Positions 24,711 through 37,679 of a stretch of DNA of 64,000 nucleotides are shown one piece after another (position 1 is the first letter of the stretch; every line of letters begins with the position of its first letter). The position numbers and the translations under genes were made by a program. The notes under the pieces are model-generated. The model did no database searches. It saw nothing but the letters and a program-made list of their open reading frames with translations, and was not told the DNA's origin. Origin of the DNA: Eledone cirrhosa (lineage: Eukaryota); the NCBI GenBank assembly GCA_964016885.1, contig OZ024744.1:41726001-41790000 (forward strand). The letters are read 5' to 3'.

Positions 24711-25715
24711 AATTATACTTATAATATTTCTACTTATTTCCATAACAATCTTATTCACTTGGTTTTAATATATTAATATCTCTAAATCATAATATCTATA
24801 ACATTTGCTATAATTCCACTTCTTAAAGTTTCATAAAATATATACATATATAATTCTAATTTTTATTTTATTTTAATTTTAATTGTAATTTTAATCTTAA
24901 TAATTTTTAATTCTTTATTTTTATTTCTTTAATTATTATTTCTTTAATTTTTATTTCTTTAATTTTTATTTCTTTAATTTTTATTTCTTTAAAAATTACT
25001 TATCTCTTATAAATTATTTAAAAAAAAAGTTTCTCAAATTTTTTATATTTTTTCAATATTTTTTATTAGATTTATAACCACTAACTGATTCTGGCTTAAT
25101 ATATCTTTCAACATTTATACTTATTTTGACTAAATAGTCTCATACTAACGAATAAATAAATTAAACTGGAGTTTTTCCCTATCTTCCCATTTTAAAATAT
25201 ATAAATATAAATATTTTTCTTATTAACTCAGTTAATTTAATTTAACTTAATATTTACTTACATTAAATACAAAACAAATATCCCTCATAACTCATTAAAA
25301 TAATTATCTATAACATGATACACCCATCTATTTATTTATCTACTTATAACAGACAATATTATATTATTAACGTATTTTAAGCAACTAACAATCGTAAATA
25401 CACGTACTATTAAGATATATACTTAGAATATATTTCCCCCAAATTAACGTTATATGAGTTTTATTCATCCTCTCTTGTTTATTTCTTCTCTCTCCCCCTC
25501 TCGTACTATTTTTTATCTTTCTTCCCTTATATCTTCTCTCTCTCTTTCTCCATAGTAGTTTAAATAAACGGTTGTTTTTCAATTATTTACATATTTCATT
25601 TGCATATTCAAACATAAGTTTGAATAATCCCTGATATATTTCCACTATCCAGTGAATTTCCAACCGATAAGGTATGATTTTCATGGGTACGTCTCTATTT
25701 ATAAAACAAACTTTG

Positions 25716-25779
25716 TATCTTATCTGATGAAAGCGTACCAATGTAGTCTTGGTACCCATGAAATATATATAATAAAATA
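25716..25779 (+). ncRNA. Hammerhead ribozyme copy in the 3' pLTR
   Basis: Same motif with an intact CTGATGA/GAAA core and one stem I mismatch. Confidence 0.75.
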
Positions 25780-26818
25780 ATATGGTTTTATAAATATAGT
25801 TTCCATTTATTTAATATCATTGAATATCCAGAGTGCTCTAAATCAGTATAAACATTTATATTTGTCTGACTTCCAACAAATTAAATACCCCTTCTACTTA
25901 TATATATATATATATATATATAGTATTAAGGATACTGTTTATGATTATGTACATACTAAAACCTTTTATAGTTATATATATTTTAAAGCCTAAATAGTGA
26001 AAGACAGTAATTCATTACTATCTTATTACCAGTAAGATAAATAGCTCAATGTAACAACATCAGTTGTTTTACAGAGCAGTTATATAGAAATTACATGAAT
26101 CAAAGTTCAGTTTAAATCATTTATTTGCTTACAATTGTTTCCTCCAAACCGAGGTTTGGATTCTTCGGAGCAATTATTTAGTGATTTTTTACATAATTGA
26201 CCTCCTTTTCAACACAAGAGACATATAGAAACATGCGTATATATTGACCCACAGTAGGTTGACATCCATTATAATAATATAGCATGCCAATTTACATACA
26301 AAGATTACAGTCATATTAAAGGACAAAATTAAAGTTAAAATTAAAATTAAAATAAAACATTGGCAGTTTATGAATATAAAGCAAGAGGAAAGTTTGGAGT
26401 AGCCAGTGTATGCAACAGTCTCACGTGAGGCATGCACGCGTGTCCTATTTATACAAGATTATAGTGCGGCAGATTGTTACATGTAAAACAAGCAGTCAAA
26501 GCAGGCAATCAATAGCATCATGGGGGCTGTACTGGTAAAGAATTTTTCATACACACCTGTACGATATAGAAGCCCGTGTGTAGAGAAACACCAAAAATAT
26601 CAAAAATATTACAAATGAGAAGCAAAACAGCACCACTGTCCTCGCACACACCACCACTCTCACAATCCAGGAAACGCAATTTATAGACTACATGTCCATC
26701 ACACAATCCACGATGATTCAACATTGGGTGCCTGGTGAACCATGTTAGAAATCATAGCTTGTCGTTCTCTATTATATTCTCGAATATAATAGATTATTTT
26801 ACTCAATAATTATATATA

Positions 26819-27304
26819 CTAGCAGAAAAACCACCCTTCGGGTGGTTTTCTGTTGGTGTGTGTAGTGTGTATATTGATATTATACACAAGTATATATACA
26901 TGTAGATATGATACATCAAATAAAATCGTAATTGACAATATACAATACACAGAAATTGAACGAAGACTGTGTTACACTGTTTTATGTAATCAGTAACGTA
27001 ATCCATGATACATTTAAAAAAAGACGATATTATATATAAACTGCATTAGGAAAAAATTAGTGAGAGAAAATTAGTATGTTTATTTAAGCGATGGCCAACC
27101 AGAAGTGTTGACATTTCAGAAGTTTTAAAGAGGTAAATCTTTAAATAAACAAAACATATTTAATCAACAGCCACGAAATTTAGTAGATAAATTATGTAAT
27201 ATTCATTCAATATTTATTCAAAGTAATCCAACTTATTTTACTAATGGTATAAAAAATTATAAACCGTATGCAGTCCCGCGCCCCTCCCTTAATTATAGTT
27301 TAGA
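26819..27304 (-). mobile_element. Compact non-autonomous Helitron
   Basis: Minus strand A|TCTAAACTATAATTAAG ... AGAAAACCACCCGAAGGGTGGTTTTTCTG CTAG|T. Confidence 0.85.
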
Positions 27305-27321
27305 TATATATATATTTTTTT

Positions 27322-27731
27322 TTTCGTCTGTTCTTCCACGCTAGCATGGGTTGTCCTGTTGTGGGCAGTGTCCAGTCGGCTGACCTTGTCTTGCTCATAC
27401 GGGAACTGATTCTGGCTTGATTTCTACAGCTGGATGCCCTTCCTAACACCAACCTCATTTTCAGTGAGTTCTGGGTGCTTTTTTTCGTGGTGCCTACACG
27501 TCCACTTTACAGTGTGGGCTGGGTGCTTTTTTGCCGTGGCACCTCCACGACCACTTTGTCATGGAATGATAGGGACCCCAGTCCTATCATCTCATTTCTA
27601 AAGCTGAGTAAACTGGAGCAATGTGAAATAAAGTGCCTTGCTCAAGGAAACAACACATCATCCGGTTCGAGAATTGAACTCACAACCTTTCGATTGCAAG
27701 CCCAATGCTCTAACCACTAAGCCATGTGCCT
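27322..27731 (-). mobile_element. tRNA-derived SINE, family B, with RTE-like tail
   Basis: Reverse complement of 62383-62720. Flanked by (TA)n. Confidence 0.85.
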
Positions 27732-28780
27732 CTATATATATATATATATAATAGAATGATGTTCTTACAAGACTGCTAGTTCTTGTACGGACATCATGCT
27801 AGAAGGAAAACGTATATAAAACCTGTGACTCAATGGCAGCCAATGATGTTGAAGACTTTCATGTGTATTGCATGCACAGGAACCTTTCTTTCTTCTTTTG
27901 CTGCAGCATATGCAGAAAAAAATCTGTCCTTCGTAGGGCTAAAAAGTCATGTTCGTACCACCAATGACAGACTGGGTCTAAAAATATCGGTTGCCAGGAG
28001 ATAAAGGGGACCCATCCACATATAAAATGCTATCATTTAATTTTCATAATGACTAAATAACATTTTCAAAAGATACATAAGTGAAAATAAAACAGTGCAA
28101 TCCAAGTTTTGCGGAGAAAAAATGTGTATTTTTTTTACTAATTATAGTGTATATATACTGTACATATTACTGGTGGTATACAGTAATTCTAAATGTTAAT
28201 ACAGAATGTTATAATTGAATTTTTAAATAATTGTGAATGTATAGTATACTGTTATTTAGAGTAGAGTATACAAGTGATCGTTCTTACCTTCTCCAGTAAA
28301 AAGTATACACATCCAGAGACTTTTAATAATGACTTTTGGTCTTTCACACTCATTCAATATATATATCTGGAAGTGTGAGTATGTGTGTACATGTACATGT
28401 GTATATATAGATTTATATATATGTATACATACATGTTTTCAACTTGTACAAAATTTATTCAGTGACTCATTCCCTCAAGGGACTTTAGACTGAAGAACTG
28501 ACCACTAATTGATTTTATAATTTTACATATGTCTTTAACCCATTGATATCAACTCGTGTGTATGTGAGAGGGGCAATTATGCAAGGTCAGCCTTTATCAC
28601 CTCATCCAAAGTCTTCCAGGGGCTTCCTAATTGATTGCCCTGTGTCTTTTTATACAGCTGTTGTTCTTCATATGCATCACATGACCATGCCTTCAAAATC
28701 TCCTCTTTAGTATGCTGCATATGATCCCTCTTAAGCCTAATTTCTCATTTAGTTCATTTATGCTTTGCCATTCATGTATA

Positions 28781-30456
28781 TCTATATATTAATTTCAACA
28801 ATGTCAGTATTTCGTGTGTCATAATTCTCGATTATCATTGGTTCATAGGTTTCAAACGACTCCCCCCACCTCAATGATGCCAAACTTAAATTAATATGCA
28901 TAATGCCAATGAGGGAGTGAGAGGGGAGAGTAAGAAACAGAGAAGAAATGTGAACGCTGTGTTGGATACACTATGTATATGTGTCAGTGTAGAGACGTGT
29001 GTGTGTGATGTGTGTGGAAATAAGAGAGGAGGAAAGCAATAACTATTAACATGTGTGCGTGTGTATGTACGTGCGCGTATGTTTATGTGTGCGTGCGTGC
29101 AGCGTTCAACAGAAAGTAAAAACTATCAACATGTGTGAGTGTGTGCGTGTGTGTAAGTGCACGGGTGCGTGTATAAGTTTGCGTGCGTGTGCGCGTTTCC
29201 ATGTGTGTATGTGTGTGTACGTGCGGCGTTTATCTGCATGTGTGCCTGTCTGTCAGTCTAACATACACAGAGTTGTGAAGGGAGTAAATAGGAACCTTTT
29301 TTTACATGACGGACATCTTTTATATTTATTATTGTGTCATTTTTTGACAATTGCTCGAAATGAATACTGATAATAAAAGCAATTCGACTTTATCAAACAG
29401 TAAACTACAGCGGCGACGGTGTGCAGCCATGAATGAAGAAAAACGGGCCGAACAGCGCCATCGGAACGCCGAACTTCAGAGGCGAAGACGTGCCGCCATG
29501 AATGAAGAGGAGCTGGCTGAACAACGCCAACGAAACACTGGAGCCAAGCAGCGACGGCGTGCTGCGATGGATGAAGAGCTGGCTGAACAGCGCCAGCCCA
29601 ATACAGAAGTCCAGAGAATGTGTCGCCAAAGTGCTCCTTATTCCAGTAAAGAGGCTAGAAGACGAACGGATGATATTAAAAATGGATCATGGCAACTGTG
29701 TCATTTTCATATTGGTGGACGAGCAGAGTGTCCATATTGTGGAGCATTGCTTTGGAGGCACAAAAAGACGTGGACCACAATGTGCTGTCATAAAGGAGCA
29801 GTTAAACTAGAACCCTTGCGAATGCCGGATAATGAGGAGTCACCGGAGTTTAAAATACTAAGTATGTGGGGTGATCAAGGAGACCGAGGTAGATTACTGC
29901 GCAAATATTCGCGGCAAATTAACAATTCATTACCTTTAGCATCCTCAACGACGCCAAACTTAAATTAATATGCATAATGCCAATGAGGGAGTGAGAGGGG
30001 AGAGTAAGAAACAGAGAGGCAAAGTGAACGCTGTTTTGGATACACTATGTATATGTGTGTGTAGAGAGACATGTGTGTGTGTGATGTGTGTGGAAATAAG
30101 AGGAAAGCAATAACTATTAACATGTGTGTGTGTGTATGTGTATGTTTATGTGTGAGAAACGTGGAACAACCACGTCTATGCAATGATACACGTTTTACAG
30201 TCAGGCAGAAGATGAACCATCTCCTAGAGGTCACTATTCTAGGTAGGAACACCTAGAATTGTTCATATACTATGCACAAACGGTACAACGAAGAATCTGG
30301 TATATCTGGAAGATTTTTTTTACTGTTTTTTGTATCACAGACACCACGGACTCGCCTCATACTGTAACCAGACAAACATCCAATACAGTCTTTTTCTCTT
30401 TTACCTGTCTTCTCTTATTATCTGTTTACCCGGGCGAAGCTGGGCACGTCAGCTAG
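28781..30456 (+). mobile_element. Internally deleted Helitron with Rep-helicase remnants
   Basis: A|TCTATATATT start, GC hairpin CCCGGGCGAAGCTGGG and CTAG|T end. The flanks rejoin into continuous RTE sequence. Confidence 0.88.
29351..30325 (+). pseudogene. Helitron RepHel fragments: N-terminal repeats, zinc finger and Pif1-helicase C-terminal bits
   Basis: RRRAAMNEE repeats, CPYCGALLW...MCCHKGAVKL, RQINNSLPLAS, then RNVEQPRLCNDTR...LEVTILG and TKNLVYLE. Confidence 0.85.
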
Positions 30457-30484
30457 TTACTATTACACACACACGTACACACAC

Positions 30485-30580
<96 letters not shown>

Positions 30581-30610
30581 GTGTGTGTACGTGTGTGTGT
30601 AATAGTAACT
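30455..30610. repeat. Perfect palindrome centred on (AT)n
   Basis: AGTTACTATTACACACACACGTACACACACGTAC (AT)n GTACGTGTGTGTACGTGTGTGTGTAATAGTAACT. Confidence 0.9.
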
Positions 30611-30614
30611 CTAT

Positions 30615-30648
<34 letters not shown>

Positions 30649-30986
30649 TAGATAGATATAATCCTGACCACGGCGACAAGCAGTTTTGGCTTGTGAGTTC
30701 AGCAAGCCTTTTCAATAAACCTTATATATAATGATTGGAGGACTTCTATTTTACATCAATTATTAAAATAAGTTGGATTACTTTGAATAAATCATGAATG
30801 AATATTATGTAATTTATCTACTGAATTTCTTAGCTCTTGATTAAACATAAATAATTATTTATAAATAAGATTATAATCTTATTTATAATGTATTGCTTAT
30901 TTCAAGATTCACTTCTGTTAGGACTTTCAAATGCCAACTTCCATTAGTGTTCATATCTTAACATTTCCTCATAATGTCATTTCTTA

Positions 30987-31456
30987 TCTTATATATAATT
31001 GCTTCTACTTTTGGCACAAGGCCATCAATTACACAGTGTCTTATTGGTACTTTATTTTATCGATCCCATAAGGAGGAAAGGCAAAGTTAACCTCAGCGGG
31101 ATTTGAACGCAGAATGGCAAGGGCCGTAACTCTATGCGTCAAAGCATGGCGTCCAACCCTCTACCGATACTCCCAATCCACCGATAATGTTTGGAGAATT
31201 GGGAGACTGTGTCCAGTTTATTATTTTACATCATGTTATTAAGATAAGTTGGATTACTTTGAATAAATAATTAATGTGATTACAGAAGAAAGTGTAACAC
31301 AGTTTTTGTTCAATTTCTGTTCAATTTCTGTGTATATTGTTAATTTAATTTTAAATTTACATATAATATATCTATGCATATATATGCGTGTATAATATCA
31401 ACATACACACTATATATTCTAGCAGAGAACCACCCAACAGGTGGTTCTTCTGCTAG
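30987..31456 (+). mobile_element. Non-autonomous Helitron (related to 26819-27304) with a family A SINE inserted at ~30996-31183 (-); partial tandem copy at ~30720-30986
   Basis: A|TCTTATATATAAT, shared AAGTTGGATTACTTTGAATAAAT, 3' hairpin AGAGAACCACC...GGTGGTTCTTCT and CTAG|T. Confidence 0.78.
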
Positions 31457-33344
31457 TATATATAAAAAAGTCAATAAGGAAAAAAATATTGGATATACAG
31501 CACAATGATTATATAAATTAGTTTAACACTTGATGTATTAGAAAAAGAGTTTTAACATTTTAGACGTTAATCCTTCATTGGAAGATAGAATGAAAGAGGG
31601 AGAAGATGGTTGGGATAGAAGAAGAAATAGGATAGTCAATGAGAGTGCATGTGTGTGCATGTGTGTGTATGTCTGTATCCTTGTTTACATTTACTGTTTA
31701 TGTGCCCAACACTTCGGCAAAAATAAATGAATAAAATAAGTACCATACTTTAAAAAAAAAAAAGTAGTATTGGGGGTCAAACTAAAATCCATTTAAATTA
31801 GTACTCCAGAATTACCACAATGAAACTGAAATCAGCAAACAATTAAAAGAATAAAAGAAACTTTCTATGGTAAAAGCCAGTTAAACAAAGATTTTAGATG
31901 TCATGATGAAGAAGATTTGAATGTCAATTGAGTATAACCGAATTAATGCAATATACCATGAAAAAATATATAATCAGTGAGTCGGTTCTTTTTTTTTTTT
32001 TTTGCTTTTTATTGTTATAATTCTTTTTTGTTTTGTTTTGTTTTTTAGTATTAAAGCGATTTGGGAACCAGATTTACGTCTAATCTAATTTACTAAAAAC
32101 TCTGATTGTGGTATCTCTATATCAATGAAAACGTGCAGGAAATCAGGTATTGATTTAAGATTTAAGATTTGAGATGGAAACTAAATATTGATTTTCTTGG
32201 AAACCAGTGTGTTAAAGTCACTAAATTCCATTAATCTATACATTCTGAAAGTAAAGAAACAATTATTAGAGGCCTATAAATTACTCATTAAAAATGTAAG
32301 TTTATTGGTTGATTACTCTTTTATTCTTCTACACTTTTGCCATTTTCAGTCATTAGACTTTGGTGATGCTGGGCACATTCTTTAAGTGTTTAGTCGATCA
32401 TATCAATCCCAGTACTTGTATTTTTATTAAGAAGTGCTAAATTACAAGACATAAACAAACATAAATACACAAACACACACACACACCACACACCACCACA
32501 CCACACACACAACACACCACCACACCACACACACACCACACACCACCACACCACACACACACACATATATATTATTCAAGTGAAGAAAGCTGGTTGATCA
32601 AATAATCCACCGACTTTAGTCATAAACTGACATAAAGCACTCTACAATTTGTGTTCCTTAAAGTATTATAAATAAGGTATCAAGTGGAGTGTCACTTTTC
32701 TCTTCTTTATAACATAAATATGTACACAAACATATATGTCTATATATATATCAAAACTTGACATGTTTTACATCTCATCTCCAACAATACCGTAACTATG
32801 ACAAAAGCACTAAGTTCACCCTGTATGTTGATCCAGTACCACAACAACAATAGAACACAGTCCATCTTGTAAGGTGGCCATGATGGTGAGACAAGGAAAA
32901 GCACCCTGTAAGGTCATCATGCTGGTGGATAACATCTGCTGTAGTGAAAAGAAATTTCATTAGCAATTTATCTGAGAAAATTCAGCCCAACAATTTTGCA
33001 CCAAACTACAATCGTAGAAGGATTCGAAAGGTTAATGAAAGCTAATGAAAACCTAGACTAAAATTGAAGTATTAAGTTAACTACAGAACAATCAGAAATT
33101 ATTGAGGAGCATGCCTTTCAATGCCTCCACCTTCCAAGGTACTTTAAAGTCACAGTTAGTAACCACAGTAACAAATGAATGATCAATGATGAAATGACAA
33201 TGATCAGCAAGATCTCAGACATCATTCACTTTCTGAGTGGGTTGGAACTCATCAAATCAGACCATGCAAACATTGTTTTCATTGGTCTTTCCATTATCTA
33301 CTGGTCACAACTCCTCGCACTAATAAAACTGAATCATTGATAAA

Positions 33345-33675
33345 CACTGGTCAACACACTTAGGTTTTGTTGTTTTTAGCCAATTTTGAGGTGCTGATTT
33401 TAAATATGGCATCCATTTCCCCCTAACACATCAGGTTTTCATGTTTGTCTTTTGCTCAGCTATCCTATAAACACAGGAAACACTGATATTTTGTATACCC
33501 TCCTTATTGGCCAAGTGAAAACTTGACATGATAGAAAAAAGTATTGTCATTAAACTCAGCGGTCCCAAATTACTGAAGAACAGATCTCAAACTTAGGTCA
33601 GCAAAAAAAAAAAAAAAAAGCAAAATTTTGTTGACTGTTGACTGTTGACTGTTGACTGTTGACTGTTGACCAGTG
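33345..33675. mobile_element. Non-autonomous TIR element, Chapaev3-like termini
   Basis: CACTGGTCAACA ... TGTTGACCAGTG, with subterminal (GTTGACT)n amplification at the right end. Confidence 0.6.
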
Positions 33676-33818
33676 TAATCAATGGACTATAGCAGAGCAG
33701 CCAAGCATATAACACATGAGTGGTGAGAGAAAACTAAGAAACAGACATAATAATTAATGGTGTAACATTTTTCAAAACCAAACTAAAACAAGTACTGTAA
33801 AATATGTATTATTTGCTA

Positions 33819-34432
33819 GGTTGGTGGATTGGCAGTATCAGTAGAGCATCAGATAACATGCTTTGTGGCATAGAGTTATGTCCCTTTACATTATAATTTC
33901 AAATCCCACCAAGGTTAGGTTTGCATTTCATTCTTACAGGGTCGATAAAATAAAGTACCAGTAACACACTATGGTCGATCTAATCAACTTTCTCCTCCCA
34001 AAAAATTGTTGGCCATGTGCATAAATCAGAAACCATTATTATTTGATAGTTTGGGCGGTGGATTGGCAGTATCGGTAGAGGGTCGGACGCCATGCTTTCC
34101 AGCATAGTTACGTCCCTTTACGATCTGAGTTCAAATCCTGCCAATGTTAACTTTGCCCTTTATCTTATCTTTTTGGGGTCAATAAAATAAAGTATCTTCT
34201 TCTTCTTCTTCTTCTTCTTCTTCTTCTTCTTCTTCTTCTTCTTCTCCCCCCCTCCTCCTCCTCCTCCTCTTTGCCTGTAAAATCTATCTAATGATTCTTT
34301 CCTGAGCCATTCTAACCACATGCCAATAGTATCAGAACTCTGATTTCTCAATTCAGAGAATACTTGGATGATATAATCAACTTTCTCCTTTCCAACAAAT
34401 TACAGACCTTGTGCCTAGATTAGCAATCATTA
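33819..34432 (+). mobile_element. Two tandem family A SINEs; the second is split by a minus-strand RTE fragment with a (GAA)n tail (34196-34360)
   Basis: Heads at 33819 and 34052. The SINE 3' part resumes at ~34362 and ends ...CCTTGTGCCTAGATTAGCAATCATTATT. Confidence 0.78.
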
Positions 34433-34439
34433 TTCTTTG

Positions 34440-35605
34440 CTGGGTCTGGAGGAGGGTCCTGTGTCAATGACCTTTGCAGGTCCTCTGAGACTGATGAGGT
34501 TGAAGCTGTAGATGTTTAGTTGAAATTGTTGTTAGTTGATTCCTGTATGAAAGACCTGTGCAGGGTGAATTCCAGTGGGTAACATTCTGTTAATGAAGGA
34601 CTGTGTGTAGTGGTTAGTGCAGTATCCAGGGTGATTGAACACAATATGGGTGATGAGTGGGGGTGGCAGATCTGAGGAGCAGAAGCCATTGTAGTAGTGG
34701 TAGAAAATGTAGAGGAGAGACAGAATGTCTATGAGCCAGAGGCTGGAGTATGTCTATTAACGACTTCATGCCAATCAAATAAGTGGTCTTTTTCTTAACC
34801 CTTTAGCATTTAAATTGGCCATATCTAGCCAGAATTCTCTCACCTCTTTCTGTTCAAACTGGCTGTAACCAACGACTCATACTGATGTTAAGGTATTGTT
34901 CTCAAAATAAATAATATCAGAATCTGATAGTTTTGATATTATGTGAGATAATTATGTAAGGTAAAGCCTTTACCATAAAAACATAATAGAAAATATAATG
35001 TAATAGGAAAGTAATGTAAATGCTAAAGAGTTAAATGATGTTTGCATGTGTGGCAGTAGCACTGTCCTAGATGTGGTAACAGTACTTTATTTTGGATCTT
35101 ACCAGTGCTTTGTAGAGGGTCAGAAGTCAAGAGCTGAAGTCATGTCTAACTCTGAAGAGAAGAGCCAGTTTATCAGATATATTTTAGCATGTTCATTTGC
35201 CATGAGAGATCCTGTGATTGTGGAGTCTAATATTTAGAATGAATTCAAGGGCTGTTCATATTTAAGGGTGGTGAAGTGTAATTATGTTTTCTTGATATGC
35301 TTTGTTTGTGTGTGTGTGTATGATTTTCTGGGGTTATTAAATGAGAGAAGACTAGCATGACCCCATTGAAGGATGCTCTCAAGGACCCTGTTTATTAGAG
35401 TCAATGCAGATTCGGTGTGAAGCGTCAAGGTTGATTGAGAAAGATAATTGGATGGGGAAGATTAGGAAAGAATGAATGAGGATATCATCTGTGTATAAGT
35501 GTGCATTGTTGAATGGGATGGCATGTAAGTCATTAAACTTTAAGAAAAAGGCAGTGGGGATCGCTGGAGTTAATAGAAAAGTGGTCTGCATGACAAAAGT
35601 CATTT
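34440..35605 (-). mobile_element. Highly decayed CR1/Jockey-group LINE with a piggyBac-like MITE (34799-35030) inserted
   Basis: FLKFNDL...HLYTDD (RT) and LLTLYKALVRSKIKYCYHI remnants. The MITE is bounded by TTAA. Confidence 0.6.
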
Positions 35606-36211
35606 ACTTAAGTTTATATATTTGAAAAAGTTTGTATGTTGTGGGTATAAGAGAATACCAATATTTCGTGCAAAATAGCCCTTCATTAAATGACAGAACA
35701 TTTTTTCTTTTTTTTTTATTGTTGGGATGGATTGTTACCATTCTCCGATGATGAGCTTTATTTGAACAATCAAACTTCTTGTCTCACTACAGCATACAAA
35801 CATATGCAAAATTACCAATTTCATTGGATATCACTTTTTAAGTCAGCCAACTGAGATGCAAATTGAATTCTTTGAAAAAGATAAAAGATAAATAATTAAA
35901 TATATGAAATACTGTGAAAATTTTATTGATAGAATCTCACAATATGCAATAATTGATTATTTGGGGAAGTTTATCTGGAGGCTGTTGTGTATTTTATATG
36001 AAGATTCAATGTTAAAATGTAGTCACTTTCCTCCCTTATTCTGCCTTTGCTCTGTCTTTCTGTCTACCTGCCTGTCTCTCATCACATCTTTCTGCTTTTC
36101 TGTCTTTTTCTTTTTTTTTTTTTCCCTTTCACCATCTGTCTATTTCTCTCTTCTCTTTCTCTGACTTTCTCTCTTTCTCTACGTTTGTCTGTCTCCCTCA
36201 CTGATTTTCAA

Positions 36212-36242
<31 letters not shown>

Positions 36243-37247
36243 CTCTCTTTCTCTCTCTCTTTGTCTGTTGCTCTTTCTCCTTATCTATTCATCTAACTAT
36301 TTATCTATCTATTTATCTGCCTCTCTCTGTCTCTTTATCTTCTGACAATAGAGTTATTTGATATTATGCTGCAGGAATTAGGCGAGACGTGTATAGATTG
36401 TTTTGGAATTAGATATTTCTTGAAACAAACAACATGAGAAAATACTTTTACACTTGAGAATGGGTTACACAGGAAAATATTTGTTGGCACTTGTTGTATA
36501 AACATCACTCAGCATTCTATTCACTATTGGCCCGATTTATTTATAATTCGATAATAGCAATGATCCAATGATCTTATGTTTGTTTTTGCTGTTGGACCTC
36601 TGTTGTTTCCAACAAAGAGTGATCCTGTTTATTCAATCAGCCATACTGCCTGTCTGCTTGTAAAATTAACATGTAAGTGGCTGAGCATTCTACAGACATG
36701 TAATAATACCCTTAATGTAGTTCTCAGAGATATTCAACATGACATAATGTGTCACAAGGTTCACCCCTTGAATTACAAATACAAATTATTTTTCCCTGCT
36801 GAGTGGACTGGAGCTACATGAAATAAAGTGTCTTTCTTGCTCAAGAACACAATGTGCCACTTGGTCTGAGAATCGAACTCATCTCCTTACAGTAATGAAA
36901 TAAACACCCTAACAAATAAGTCTTCATGATACTATATATGTATGTGTGTACATGTGTGTGTGTGTACATAAAAGAAACAGAAAATGAGGAATCAAATTTA
37001 ATGTGAAAGCGAAAAGACTGCCCTAGTACGATATCTGTCTATTTGCATATCTATTTGAAGCTCTTTCTACCTGTCTACCTGTCTACCTGTCTACTTCTCT
37101 ACCGCTCTACCTCTCTATCTACCTAGCCATCTATCTATCTCTCTCTCTATATATATATACGTAAAAGGTAAACAGAAATAACAACACAATCGGTACAGTA
37201 TATGGAAGGAATATATTAGGTTACCACTTGATGTAGCAGGAAGAGGG

Positions 37248-37283
37248 TCTTAACGTTTCGGATGTCAGTCCTTCATAAGAAGA
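37248..37283 (-). ncRNA. Minimal hammerhead-like motif in a short repeat (decayed sister copy at ~31548-31585)
   Basis: Minus strand TCTT-CTTATGA-AGGACTGACATCC-GAAACGTT-AAGA, with one core substitution. Confidence 0.45.
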
Positions 37284-37679
37284 AATAATGAGAAATAAGA
37301 TAGATTGAAGGGACGGGCGGGTTGGAATTGGAAAAAATGTCTTTAGATAAAAATAGCAGGTCCATTCATGTTGACATCTCTTGGAAAACTGTTGATGTTG
37401 ATGTTTTGTGTGTGATATATTATTTTTAGAAAAGTGTATGATATATATATATATATATATATTGATATATATATATTGAGAGAGTGAGAGAGAGAAAAAA
37501 AATGTTTGGTGCCACAGTCAGGTTTATACCTTTCTCTATACCTACTTCTGCTGGAATCCACTAGACAGCATTGGCCATCAGCCTTTCAATATTCATACCT
37601 GGGGTTTCAAGTTGTTTATTTATTAAACATACCATATATCTTTAGTCATACAATATTTACATATATGTATGTAATTCTA

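Larger units (their letters stand above)
22223..25900 (+). mobile_element. Penelope-like element (RT + C-terminal GIY-YIG, possibly Naiad-type) flanked by direct pseudo-LTRs
   Basis: Direct repeats at 22223-22448 and 25692-25900, enclosing a disrupted ORF. Confidence 0.9.

Noticed and set aside
24936-24990. Regular short repeats, also (GTTGACT)n at 33630-33670, considered as CRISPR-like
   Set aside because: They are tandem minisatellites with no spacers, in a eukaryotic context.
34492-34510. CTGATGA hammerhead core
   Set aside because: No stem II, GAAA or stem I pairing nearby.
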